A stretch of DNA of 64,000 nt from an uncultured delta proteobacterium (GTDB lineage: Bacteria; Myxococcota_A; Polyangia; Fen-1088): assembly GCA_963767925.1 (NCBI GenBank), contig CAVYGB010000008.1, positions 1,984,001 to 2,048,000 of the forward strand, in the 5' to 3' direction. The notes beneath the pieces were generated by a model that worked only from the letters and a program-made list of their open reading frames with translations, did no database searches and had not been told where the DNA came from. Position numbers and translations under genes: made by a program. Below, piece by piece: positions 52,947 to 64,000 of this stretch (position 1 is the first letter of the stretch; every line of letters begins with the position of its first letter).

Positions 52947-53393
52947 CTAGTCGACGACCTCGACCCCCATCGACTTGGCCGTCCCCGCGATGGTGCGCAT
53001 GGCCGACTCGACGTTGGTCGTGTTCAGATCGGGCAACTTGAGCTGCGCGATGTCGCGGAGCTGCTTCTGGGTGATCTTGCCCACCTTGACCTTGTTCGGC
53101 TCCTTCGAGCCGGACCCGGGCTTCTTGGCGGTGGCCAGACCGAGGGTCTTCTTGATCAACACGGCCGCCGGCGGCGTCTTGGTGATGAAGCTGAAGGACC
53201 GGTCCGAATAGACCGTGATGACCACGGGGATGGTCATCTCGTCCTTGGCCTGCGCCTGGGTGCGGGCGTTGAACTGCTTGCAAAACTCCATGATGTTCAC
53301 GCCGTGCTGGCCGAGCGCCGGGCCGATGGGCGGCGCCGGGTTGGCCTTGGCGGCGGGGATCTGGAGCTTGATGTATCCGGTGACCTTCTTCAT
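52947..53393 (-). CDS. rplK: 50S ribosomal protein L11
   Basis: [26 protein letters not shown]. Confidence 0.99.
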   Translation of the reverse strand: MKKVTGYIKLQIPAAKANPAPPIGPALGQHGVNIMEFCKQFNARTQAQAKDEMTIPVVITVYSDRSFSFITKTPPAAVLIKKTLGLATAKKPGSGSKEPNKVKVGKITQKQLRDIAQLKLPDLNTTNVESAMRTIAGTAKSMGVEVVD

Positions 53394-53403
53394 CTGATGC
53401 CTT

Positions 53404-53931
53404 CTACGCTTTTTCGACCTGGGCGAAGTCCAGCTCGACCGGCGTGGCGCGCCCGAAAATGGACAGATTCACCCGGAGCTTCTGCTTCTCGGGTTTGACC
53501 TCCACGACCACGCCCGCAAAATTTGCGAACGGCCCCTCCGTCACCCGGACGGTGTCGCCCTCGCCGTAGGAGATGCGAGGCTTGGAGCGGCTGGTCCCCT
53601 CGCTGATCGCCGTGTTGATGGTCTGGATCTCGGTCTCCTTGATGGGCTGGGGGTTCATGCCCCCGAGGAAACCGGTGATCTTGGGCGTGTTCTTGACCAG
53701 GTGGAAGGTCTCCTGATCGAGATCCATCTGGACGAACATGTACCCCGGGAAAAATTTGCGCCGGGTCGACCGCTTCTGGCCCTTGACCAGCTCGACAACG
53801 GTGTCGGTCGGGATCAAGACCTCCCCGAACTTCTCGATCAGTCCCGCCTGACGCACGCGATCCAGCAGCGATAGCCGCGCCTTGTTCTCGTGTCCAGAAT
53901 AGGTATGCACGACGTACCATTTCATCGCCAT
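53404..53931 (-). CDS. nusG: Transcription termination/antitermination factor NusG
   Basis: [39 protein letters not shown]. Confidence 0.98.
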   Translation of the reverse strand: MAMKWYVVHTYSGHENKARLSLLDRVRQAGLIEKFGEVLIPTDTVVELVKGQKRSTRRKFFPGYMFVQMDLDQETFHLVKNTPKITGFLGGMNPQPIKETEIQTINTAISEGTSRSKPRISYGEGDTVRVTEGPFANFAGVVVEVKPEKQKLRVNLSIFGRATPVELDFAQVEKA

Positions 53932-53951
53932 CGGATGAACCGCCCCGTCCG

Positions 53952-54309
53952 TCAGCGCAGCACCAGGTTCGCAAGACCGCCCCAGACCACGTCGAAGCCC
54001 GCGAGGATGAACGAGGCGATCCCCACCGTCACCATGACCACCACGGTGGCCGCCGTGGTCTCCTTGCGGGTGGGCCAGGTAACCTTCTCCAGCTCGTGGG
54101 TGACGTCGTAGGCCGCGGTGAAGAACCGCTCGTTCTGGTAGGCCATCAACCCGAGGACGATCCGCCAGGACGACGGCCGCACCGTTGATGAGGAGCTCAT
54201 TCGGCTTGGCGAAGTAGCCCCAGACCCACTTGGCGGTCTCCGCGAGCAGGAACGCCAGAATCAGGCTTCCGATCGCGAACAGCAGATGTACGTATTTGTT
54301 CGGCCCCAT
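53952..54309 (-). CDS. secE: Preprotein translocase SecE, 3-TM type (apparent frameshift near 54160)
   Basis: ELEKVTWPTRKET motif; located between tRNA-Trp and nusG. Confidence 0.92.
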
Positions 54310-54341
54310 GGCTGCCTAGCGGTTGATTCGTTCGGACGGTG

Positions 54342-54414
54342 CAGGGCAGGAGGGACTCGAACCCCCAACCCGCGGTTTTGGAGACCGCTGCTCTACCGTT
54401 AGAGCTACTGCCCT
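54342..54414 (-). tRNA. tRNA-Trp (CCA)
   Basis: AGGGCAGTAGCTC...GCGGT-CTCCAAA-ACCGC...GGTTCGAGTCC; conserved position before secE. Confidence 0.96.
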
Positions 54415-54493
54415 ATTATAATGGGAACCCTGAGAGGGTTCCAGCGAGAAGCCGTCTCTCCAGCGCCGACGAGCCGCAACCTCGCGGACCGGC

Positions 54494-54681
54494 CGGAGCC
54501 GTCCCTCCTCCACGCGATGCCTGGGACTAGCCGATGGCCGGCGGAGCCGTCCCTCCTCCACGCGATGCCTGGGAACCCTGAGCCGATTCCCAAACCCTCC
54601 CGCGACGGACTCGGGCCGGCGGAGCCGTCCCTCCTCCACGCGATGCCTGGGAACCCTGAGCCGATTCCCAAACCCTCCCGC
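54494..54681. repeat. Direct repeat array: two exact 68-bp copies (54536-54603, 54614-54681) plus a 33-bp partial copy (54494-54526)
   Basis: GGCCGGCGGAGCCGTCCCTCCTCCACGCGATGCCTGGGAACCCTGAGCCGATTCCCAAACCCTCCCGC read twice, 10 bp apart. Confidence 0.95.
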
Positions 54682-54726
54682 TGTGGACGCGGGCAAGCCG
54701 GGGGACCTGCCTTCGTCCTTGCGGTG

Positions 54727-54888
54727 TCACTTCGTTTCCTTGTGCCGGCGATGGCATCGGCATCGCTTGCAGAACTTCGACAGCTCGAGCTTTTCGGCGT
54801 TGGCCCTCTTGTTCTTCGTGGTGGTGTAGTTGCGTTCTCGGCACTCCTGGCATTCCAGGGTGATGATGACTCTTGCAGCAGCGGCCAC
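54727..54888 (-). CDS. rpmG: 50S ribosomal protein L33 (zinc type)
   Basis: Manual translation from GTG after [58 protein letters not shown]; too short for the ORF track. Confidence 0.97.
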   Translation of the reverse strand: MAAAARVIITLECQECRERNYTTTKNKRANAEKLELSKFCKRCRCHRRHKETK

Positions 54889-54910
54889 GGCGATGCTCCT
54901 TCAGGACCCG

Positions 54911-56109
<1,199 letters not shown>

Positions 56110-56175
56110 CTCAAGTTCTCCCGAAGAGCGCGTTGTCCATCAAAAGGGCTGAAGTGTGACCGATTTTGGGCTTCG

Positions 56176-56248
56176 AGCCCACGACCAGAATTGAACTGGT
56201 GACCTCGTCCTTACCAAGGACGTGCTCTGCCAACTGAGCTACGTGGGC
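56176..56248 (-). tRNA. tRNA-Thr (GGT)
   Basis: GCCCACGTAGCTCAG...GTCCTTGGTAAGGAC...GTTCAATTC. Confidence 0.96.
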
Positions 56249-56314
56249 GCGTATCATTTAGTAAGAGCAGCGGGCGGCTCTGGTTGTTCGGGTGTGATCG
56301 GGGGGCAGTGACGG

Positions 56315-56387
<73 letters not shown>

Positions 56388-56415
56388 ACGGGCTGCGCCC
56401 GTGGGCGCGTTTTCG

Positions 56416-56497
56416 TGGAGGGGGAAGGATTCGAACCTTCGAAGCCAGTGGCGCCAGATTTACAGTCTGGTCCCTTTGACCGCTCGGGAACCCCTCC
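56416..56497 (-). tRNA. tRNA-Tyr (GTA)
   Basis: GGAGGGGTTCCCGAGCGG...CAGACTGTAAATCTG, long variable arm, GGTTCGAATCC. Confidence 0.96.
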
Positions 56498-56622
56498 GTA
56501 GAAGTACGCGCAGAGCAGGTAAATTTCCCGAAACCGTTTGACCGGCCCAGGACCCTGGCTCGAGCGTTTAGGCCGTCTTTCGTCTCCCGATCGCTTATCC
56601 TCCTTGATGAATGCTCCGCAGG

Positions 56623-56694
56623 AGCTGGCGATGGGAGTCGAACCCGCAACCTGCTGATTACAAATCAGCTGCTCTACCATTGAGCTACGCCAGC
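56623..56694 (-). tRNA. tRNA-Thr (TGT)
   Basis: GCTGGCGTAGCTCAA...CTGATTTGTAATCAG...GGTTCGACTCC. Confidence 0.96.
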
Positions 56695-56801
56695 GCCGTT
56701 GTCGTCTGCTCTCCTACCGTTCTCCAGATGTCTGTGTGATCTCGCCCAGTTAGCCTCGTTCCCGGCGTGGACAGAGTACTCCTGTCGACGGGGAGCGCGA
56801 A

Positions 56802-56830
56802 CGTATAGTTCGGGAAAGGCGACGTGTCAA
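56802..56830 (-). promoter_or_regulatory. Sigma70-type promoter for the tRNA-tuf operon
   Basis: TTGACA (56830-56825), 17-bp spacer, TATACG (56807-56802); about 100 bp upstream of tRNA-Thr(TGT). Confidence 0.7.
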
Positions 56831-56901
56831 GCAAATTGCAGGCGAGACTTCGGAAAAGCCCCCTAGCGCGCGGTTTGCGCCGCGCCGGGCCAGCCGCGAA
56901 G

Positions 56902-58169
56902 CTAGAGTATCTGTCGGTCGACCTGCGGTGTGGTGGGAGCTTCCTGGCGAGCGCCCGGGTTCTGCCGCGGGGGAGCGGTCGGCTGGGGCGGGCCGCCGGT
57001 ACCTTCGGCGGGTTCGCCGGCGCCCGGAACGAACAGGTCCCTCGCGGCGGGATCCAGCAGCTTGAGAAGCTTGGCGTAGGCGAGCTTCGTCTTCTCGGCC
57101 CAGTCGGTCTGGACACCCAGGCGCTCGACCATGAGGAGGTTCTCGCGGTACCAGCGCATCGACTTCTCGAGGAGGATCCGGATCTTCTTGCGCAGCTCCT
57201 CGACGTAGACCTCGCGCGCCTCCGGGTCGAGGCTCGGTGGGCACCGGGGCGCCCACGAACGCCTGGTACAGCTCCTCGTAGAGCGAGCCCACCTGGAAGC
57301 CGGCCGCCGAGGCCCAGCCCGGGTTGCCGTATTTGATGGTGTCGATGTAGGCGCGCTGGGCCTTGAGCAGCAGGCCCGCTTTCTCCTCGAGGTCGCGGTC
57401 CATCTGCGATTCCGGCAGTCGGATCGGGCTGCGGCGGAAGCGCTCGTGGACGATCTGACCGAGGTGGTACTGCGAGAACGCCAGGAAGAAGTCGGTGGCC
57501 AGCCGCTCCTGGGTCTGGATCTGCTCACGGAAGGCCAGGACCGACCGGAAGGTGCGTTCGGCCTGGTCCAGATCGTTCAGACGGAACTGGCCGAACCCCC
57601 GGCGGGCGATGGCCTCGATCCGGTCGTCCGCGTTGAGGTCCTTCCGGTCGAGCAGCCGGACGAAGACCTCGATCGAGGCGGGCCAGTTCTCGAGCTCGGC
57701 GAAGCAGGCCCCGAGCTGGAACAGGGCGTCCTTGGCGTCGGTGTGGTCGCGGTGCTTTTCGGCCAGCTCCCGGAACGAATCGATGGCCGAGCTGCCAGTC
57801 CTTCTTCTCGGTCTGGGCCAGCCCCCGGTTGTAGAGGGCCGAGCGCGCGTAGTGCGAGCCCGGGAACTTGCCGAGCAGCTTGTCGTAGAAACGAATGGCG
57901 TCGTCCTGGCGACCCGCCGAGAGGGCCGCCCCACCCTGCTCGAACAGCTCCTCGGCGTCGAAGCTCTCGATGGTCAGGCCGTCGGCCCCCTGGCTGGCCT
58001 CGATCGACATGGGCTCCATTTCGTAGTGGACCACCGCCGGCGCGATCGGCGCCGGAGGGCCCTGGGATCGGCTGGTGGCACAGGCGCCCAGGAGGGCCAC
58101 CGGCACGACCCAGCGCAGCGAAAGGTGTCGGCCAGGGCCCGGGGTCGCGCGGCTTTTCTCGATATTCAT
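56902..58169 (-). CDS. TPR-repeat lipoprotein (apparent frameshifts near 57790 and 57240)
   Basis: Lipobox LLGAC; TPR-like helices 'AEELFEQG..A...YDKLL..FP.S..ARSALYNRG' and 'DALFQLG' continue across three frames. Confidence 0.75.
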
Positions 58170-58270
58170 CTGGATGCCACCATCGAAGACAACTCGGAGC
58201 CTAGCCGGGTTCCGCCGGCGTGCTCGACGCCACTTGCGATGCGCGTCGGACGGGCGCAAAACGGAGAGCC

Positions 58271-58799
58271 ATGGAGTCACCGGCGACCCTGCGACCGCTC
58301 ATCCCTGCCGAACGAATCGCGGAGCGGGTGGCGGCGCTCGGGCAGGAGGTCGCCGCGGCCTTGCCCCTGGGCGACCTGATCGTGGTGGGCGTGCTGCGCG
58401 GCGCCTTCATCTTCATGGCCGACCTGGTGCGTGCCCTGCCCCGCGAGCACCGCTGCGAGTTCCTGGCGGTGCGCAGCTACGGCGACGCCACCGAGACCTC
58501 GGGGGTCGTCGAGATCACCGGGGATCTGTCGCTCACCCATCGAAGGCAAGCACGTGCTGCTGGTGGAGGACATCGTCGACACCGGCCTGACCCTGAAGTA
58601 TCTGATCGGCCTGCTCAAGGCCCGCAAGCCGGCCGGCCTGCACGTCTGCGCCCTGCTCTCCAAGCCGTCGCGCCGGCGCGTCGAGGTCCCTGTCGATTTC
58701 CTGGGCTTCGAGATCCCCGACGTCTTCGTGGTCGGGTACGGGCTGGACGCCGGCCAGCGCTTCCGCCACCTGCCCTATCTGGCCGAGCTGACCACCTGA
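58271..58799 (+). CDS. hpt: Hypoxanthine phosphoribosyltransferase (apparent frameshift near 58535)
   Basis: [40 protein letters not shown]. Confidence 0.95.
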
Positions 58800-58815
58800 G
58801 CCGCGGGCCGGCCCC

Positions 58816-59860
58816 TCAGCGCTTGCGGGCCAGCTTCTGCTTCACGCTCTGGTAGCGCTTGAGGAACTCGGCGTGTTGCATGCGGAAGTGTCCCAGGTAG
58901 CGCCGCTCCCGGGACTTGCGACGGAGCGCCTCGCGCGCCTCGAGCACGGAGGTTATCAGCTGTTCCACGTCGGAGAACAGCGGCACCAGGGTCACCATCT
59001 TGCTGCTCTCGACCATCTTGATCTCGCCGGGGCCGCGCTCGCCGGGCGGACGGAAGGCGATCGCAACCAGGTCCGGCGAGGAGGCCTTCACCGACTTGAC
59101 CAGCATCGTCACGGGAAAGTCGGGGAGCGGGTCTTTCGTCACCAGCACGTGGGGCGGTCGCTGGGTGGCAGCGTCGAGCGCCTCCCCTCCGGTCTGGACC
59201 ACCCGCACGCGCCAGCCGCTCTCCGGGTTGAGCTCGCGGGCGAGCCGCAGGGGGATGGTATCGCCGTCGTCGATGCAGAGCAGGTCGAAGACGGCCGGCA
59301 CCGAGGTGGTGGAGACCTCGCCGTCGCCGCGCAGGAGCTTGTCCTCCAGGTCCATGACGTGGCGGGACAGATCCATCATCTCCTTGAGGAAGCTCTCGTG
59401 GATCTCGGCCACGTCCTCGAAGAGCTTGTCCCGGTTGATTGTCGCCCGCACCGTCTGCGCCGCGGCCAGCACCCGCTCGCGCAGATACGGGATCGAGTCG
59501 TTGCTCTTGGGGACCACATCCGTGGCGCCGGCGCGAAAGGCGCTGGCCACCGCCTCGAAGCTCCGCCGGGAGGTCATCACGATGACCGAGGTCAAGGGGG
59601 CGTGTTGCTGGGTGAAGCGCAGGAGCTCGAGTCCCGCCCAGCGGTCGCGGCGTATCGAGGTCGACGAGCACCACCGCATAGAAGCGATGGGCGAGCTGAT
59701 CGCGAGCCCGCTCGGGGTCGGTCAGCGCCGTCACGCTGAGGCCGGTCTCGCGCATCAGCCGCTCGAGGCCATGCAACACAGCCTCGTTGCCATCCATGAT
59801 GAGGATGTCTTCGACCGCCGCCTCTGCTGTCTTTTGCGCCTGGGGCTGTCCCACTGCCAT
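58816..59860 (-). CDS. Protein with receiver domain, coiled coil and second degenerate receiver-like domain (apparent frameshift near 59635)
   Basis: ILIMDG...VVLVDL..P / GLELL...VIVMTS...AFRAGATDVVPK; second LLCIDD...TGGEAL...PPHVLV. Confidence 0.75.
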
Positions 59861-59947
59861 CCCGCCGCCCTCTGAAAGGCTAGGCTCCCCGGACGCAAAG
59901 GTCAAAACTCAAGCCGCCGACCTTTGAGGCCGAGTACCAGGGCTGAC

Positions 59948-61133
59948 ATGCACGCTGCGCTGGACCGCGTTCTGCAGGCCGCCCGGCACCTGGGAGCGTC
60001 GGACGTTCACCTCAAGGCCGGCCTGCCGCCCATCTTCCGGATCAAGGGCGACCTGCGCACGGTGCGAGACGTACCTCCGCTGTCGCGAGAGGTGGTCAGC
60101 GAGTTCGCCTTCTCGATGATGTCTGACCGCCTGCGGGACAGCTACGAGAGGACCTGGGACGTCGACCTGGCCTACTCCACCCAGGACGGCGCCCGCTACC
60201 GGGTCAACGTCTTCCAGCAGCGGGGCAACGTCGGCATGGTGATGCGGCTCATCCCGCCCGACGTGCCCCCCTTCGAGAAGCTGAACCTGCCCCAGCGGGT
60301 CCTGCAGCTCGCCGACGAGGAGCGCGGGCTGATCCTCGTCACCGGGATCACGGGATCGGGCAAGTCGACGACCCTGGCGGCCATGGTCGACTACATCAAC
60401 GCCAGCCGGGCGGCCCACATCGTCACCATCGAGGACCCCGTCGAATACGCCTTCCGCGATCGCAAGAGCGTCATCAATCAGCGGGAGGTGGGTTTCGACA
60501 CCACCTCCTTCTCGCAAGGCGCTGCGGGCGGCGCTGCGGCAGGATCCCGACGTCGTGCTGGTGGGTGAGATGCGCGACCTCGAGACGACCGACATCGGCA
60601 TGACGGCGGCCGAGACGGGGCACCTCGTGCTCTCGACCCTGCACACGGTCGACGCGGCCGAGACCATCAATCGGGTCATCTCACTGTACCCTCCCCACCA
60701 GCAGATGCAGGCCCGCCTGCAGCTCATCACCGTCCTCCGGGGCGTCATCTCCCAGCGCCTGCTGGCCCGGGCCGACGGGACGGGCATGGTGCCGGCCATC
60801 GAGATCCTGATCGCCACCGCCCGGGTCAAGGAGCTCATCGCCGATCCCAAGCGCACCCGGGAGATCCACGACGCCATCGCCAGCGGCCGCGATCCCTACG
60901 GCATGATCAGCTTCGACCAGAGCCTCACCGAGCTGGTGCTCAAGAAGATGGTGACCTACGCGGAGGCCTCGGCCGCCGCCACCAACCCGGCGGACTTCGC
61001 CCTCCACTTCCGGGGCGTCAGCAAGGGCGGCTCGATGACCGACATGGGTCCCCCCCTGCAGGCCGCCCCTCCGGCGACGGCCCCTCAGGCCGGCGGGCAG
61101 CCCCCGATGCAGATCGATCGCTTCAAGGAATAG
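59948..61133 (+). CDS. pilT: PilT/PilU family type IV pilus retraction ATPase (apparent frameshift near 60517)
   Basis: [48 protein letters not shown]. Confidence 0.9.
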
Positions 61134-61262
61134 GCCCCGTCGAGCCGAGCCCCGCCGAGCCGGGGCGGGGCGGCGCCGAGCCGAGCCCGACGAGACAGCG
61201 GACGCCCGGGTGGGCCGTCGGTCGACATTTCCTCCGAGAAGTCATATTCTTGGAGGTTTCCG

Positions 61263-63950
61263 ATGTCGTCCAAGTTCCAGACCTCCCATCAAGTTCGGCG
61301 GACCTTCCTCGAGTTTTTTGCGGCGCGGGGCCACCAGCCCGTGGCCAGCGCGTCGCTGGTCCCCAGCAACGACCCCACCCTGCTGTTCACCAACGCCGGG
61401 ATGAACCAGTTCAAGGACGTGTTCACCGGCAAGGCCCAGCGGGCCTACACCCGGGCCACCAGCTCGCAGAAGTGCGTGCGGGCCGGGGGCAAACACAACG
61501 ACCTCGACAACGTGGGTCGGACCGCCCGCCACCACACCTTCTTCGAGATGCTCGGCAACTTCTCCTTCGGGGACTACTTCAAGGACGAGGCCATCACCTT
61601 CGCCTACGAGCTGCTCACCAAGGAGTACGCCCTCGACGCCCGGCGGCTGGTCTACACGGTCCACGAGACCGACGACGAGGCGCGGGCCATCTGGCGCAAG
61701 GTGGCCGGTGTGCCCGACACCCTGATCGTCGGGCTGGGGGACAAGGACAACTTCTGGGCCATGGGCGACACCGGCCCCTGCGGCCCCTGCAGCGAGATCC
61801 ACTTTCACCAGGGAGACGACATCCCCTGCGCCGAGGTGACGGCGGGCCGGCCGTGCCTCGGTCCGGCCTGCGACTGCGACCGCTGGATCGAGATCTGGAA
61901 CCTCGTCTTCATGCAATACGAGCAGTTCGCCGACAAGACCCGGCGGCCGCTGCCCAAGCCCTCGGTCGACACCGGCATGGGGCTCGAGCGCCTGTGCGCC
62001 GTCCTGGGCGGGTTCCGATCCAACTACGAGATCGACTTCCTGCGGCCCCTGATCGACGAGGTGTCCCGGCTGGCCGGCAAGGAGTTCGTCCCGACCGACT
62101 ATTCGACCGGGTCGTCCTCGGTGTCGATGCGGGCCATCGCCGACCACGCGCGGGCGGCGGCCTTCCTCATCGGCGACGGGGTGTTTCCCGACAAGACCGG
62201 CCGGGAATACGTCCTGCGGCGGATCATGCGGCGGGCGATTTACCACGGCTGGCTGCTCGGGATCCGCAAGCCCTTCCTGGCCGACATCTCCGAGCGGGTG
62301 ATCGGCGAGATGGGCGCCGTCTACCCCGAGCTCGTCGAGCGCAAGGGGGTCATCGGGGAGGTGATCAGCCAGGAGGAGCGGCGCTTCCGCGACACCCTGG
62401 AGCGAGGCGTGAAGCTGTTCGAGGAGGAGGCCGGTCGCCTGCGCGATCCGGTGGTCCCCGGCGAGCTCGCCTTCAAGCTGTACGACACCTACGGCTTCCC
62501 CCTCGACCTCACCCGGGTGGTGGCCGAGGGCCGGGGCCTGCGGGTCGACGAGGCCGGCTTCGAGGCCAAGATGGACGAGCAGCGGCGGCGGGCCGAGTTC
62601 GCCGGCTCGGGCGAGGCGGCGGTCGAGGGGGTGTACCAGAGCATCCTCGAGCGGGTCGGGGCCAGCACCTTCCTCGGTTACGAGAGCACCGAGGTGGAGA
62701 GCGAGATCGTGGCCCTCATCGCCGAGGGGGCCTCGGTGCCGGCGGTGAGCGCGGCGGGGGGCCCGCTGAGCAACCTGGGCGTCATCGTGCAGAAGACGCC
62801 GTTTTACGGGGAGCAAGGCGGCCAGATCGGCGACACCGGCCGGCTGATCGGCCCCGGCGGGCAGCTCGAGATCTCCGATACCCGGCGACCGCTGGCGTCC
62901 CTCTACGTCCACCTCGGGCGCCTGGAGTCTGGCGAGCTGAAGGTGGGGGACAAGGTCAAGCTGGTCGTCGACGTCGAGCGGCGGGACGCGATCCGCCGCA
63001 ACCACTCGGCCACCCACCTGCTGCACTGGTCGCTGCGGCACGTCCTCGGCGAACACGTGGCCCAGAAGGGCTCGCTGGTGGCGCCCGACCGGCTCCGCTT
63101 CGACTTCTCCCACTTCCAGCCCCTGACCGGGGCCGAGCGTCAGAAGATCGAGGACCTGGTCAACGCCCGGGTGCTGCAGAACGTGGCCACCCAGACCGAG
63201 GTGCTGCCCATCGCCGAGGCCAAGAGCCGGGGGGCCATCGCGTTCTTCGGCGAGAAATACGGGGACAACGTCCGCGTGCTGAGCATGGGGGACTCGATCG
63301 AGTTCTGCGGCGGCACCCACGTCTCGCGCACGGGGGACATCGGCCTGTTCAAGATCACCGAGGAGGCCGGCATCGCCCAGGGGGTGCGCCGGATCGAGGC
63401 GGTGACGGGGAGCGGGGCCATCGCCTACGTTCGCCGGCTGGAGCACGAGCTGGGCGCCGCGGGCGAGCGGCTGCGCAGCGGGCCCTTCGAGGTGGTGCCC
63501 CGGATCGAACGGCTGCAGCAGGAGCTGCGCGAACGTGACCGCGAGCTGGAGAAGCTGCGGGCCAAGCTGGCTTCGGGCGGGGGCCGCGACCTGTCGGCGG
63601 AGGCGGTGAAGATCGGCGATCGCTGGCTGCTGGTGGGCGACGTGGGCGTGGGCGACCCGAAGACCCTGCGCGAGACGGTGGACGGCCTGCGCGAGCGGCT
63701 CAAGCCGGGCGTGATCCTGCTGGCCGGGGCCGAGGGGGACAAGCTGGCGGTGGTCTGCGCGGTCACTGGCGACGCCGGCCCGGGGCTACACGCGGGCAAG
63801 CTGCTGGGCTCGCTGCTCGACGGTATCGGGGGCAAGGGCGGCGGCCGGCCCGACCTGGGCCAGGGCGGCGGTCCCCGACCGGCGGATGTGCCGGCCGTGC
63901 TGGCGGCGTGGCGCGAGAAGATCCGCGGGCTCCTCTCGTCGCAGGGGTGA
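61263..63950 (+). CDS. alaS: Alanine--tRNA ligase
   Basis: DPTLLFTNAGMNQFK, HHTFFEMLGNFSFGDYFK, DTGMGLER, NHSATHLL, CGGTH, GGKGGG. Confidence 0.99.
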   Translation: MSSKFQTSHQVRRTFLEFFAARGHQPVASASLVPSNDPTLLFTNAGMNQFKDVFTGKAQRAYTRATSSQKCVRAGGKHNDLDNVGRTARHHTFFEMLGNFSFGDYFKDEAITFAYELLTKEYALDARRLVYTVHETDDEARAIWRKVAGVPDTLIVGLGDKDNFWAMGDTGPCGPCSEIHFHQGDDIPCAEVTAGRPCLGPACDCDRWIEIWNLVFMQYEQFADKTRRPLPKPSVDTGMGLERLCAVLGGFRSNYEIDFLRPLIDEVSRLAGKEFVPTDYSTGSSSVSMRAIADHARAAAFLIGDGVFPDKTGREYVLRRIMRRAIYHGWLLGIRKPFLADISERVIGEMGAVYPELVERKGVIGEVISQEERRFRDTLERGVKLFEEEAGRLRDPVVPGELAFKLYDTYGFPLDLTRVVAEGRGLRVDEAGFEAKMDEQRRRAEFAGSGEAAVEGVYQSILERVGASTFLGYESTEVESEIVALIAEGASVPAVSAAGGPLSNLGVIVQKTPFYGEQGGQIGDTGRLIGPGGQLEISDTRRPLASLYVHLGRLESGELKVGDKVKLVVDVERRDAIRRNHSATHLLHWSLRHVLGEHVAQKGSLVAPDRLRFDFSHFQPLTGAERQKIEDLVNARVLQNVATQTEVLPIAEAKSRGAIAFFGEKYGDNVRVLSMGDSIEFCGGTHVSRTGDIGLFKITEEAGIAQGVRRIEAVTGSGAIAYVRRLEHELGAAGERLRSGPFEVVPRIERLQQELRERDRELEKLRAKLASGGGRDLSAEAVKIGDRWLLVGDVGVGDPKTLRETVDGLRERLKPGVILLAGAEGDKLAVVCAVTGDAGPGLHAGKLLGSLLDGIGGKGGGRPDLGQGGGPRPADVPAVLAAWREKIRGLLSSQG

Positions 63951-64000
63951 TCGGTGGGGGGGCGGGAAAGCAACGGAGCCTTGACCCCGGCGGAGGCGCC

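Noticed and set aside
53404..54309. Apparent SecE-NusG fusion (301 aa)
   Set aside because: Produced by a single indel in secE; the rest of SecE with its own stop is in another frame and nusG has its own start
54415..54422. Perfect TATAAT next to tRNA-Trp
   Set aside because: On the minus strand it abuts the tRNA's first base, so the start site would fall inside the tRNA; on the plus strand there is no matching -35
61135..61200. GCCGA-rich repeats and hairpins between pilT and alaS
   Set aside because: Short low-complexity GC tract with no U-tract; cannot be called a terminator or REP from this window alone

Overview
High-GC bacterial chromosome segment; gene content suggests Myxococcota (inference). 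About 23.6-56.7 kb is the minus-strand core translation/transcription supercluster: tRNA-Thr/Tyr/Gly/Thr, tuf, rpmG, tRNA-Trp, secE-nusG-rplKAJL-rpoBC, then the str, S10, spc and alpha operons. rplC (L3), adk and infA are absent from their usual positions. A five-gene type III export-gate module (fliO, sctR/fliP, sctS/fliQ, sctT/fliR, sctU/flhB) lies 44 bp downstream of rplQ and runs directly into priA, a DUF4388/J-like gene, fmt and rpe. The left end has an M16 peptidase, a yacG-led MoxR/DUF58/VWA operon and tRNA-Pro(CGG). The tRNA is followed by a decayed island: integrase tail, frameshifted MOBF-like relaxase, NrsF-like fragment, LysR regulator and a diheme c-type cytochrome lipoprotein. 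The right end has a TPR lipoprotein, hpt, a tandem receiver-domain protein, a PilT-family ATPase and alaS. About 11 frameshifts, several in essential genes, fall between ~48.7 and ~60.6 kb and are most likely sequencing or assembly indels. All product calls come from recognising motifs by eye; no database search was run.
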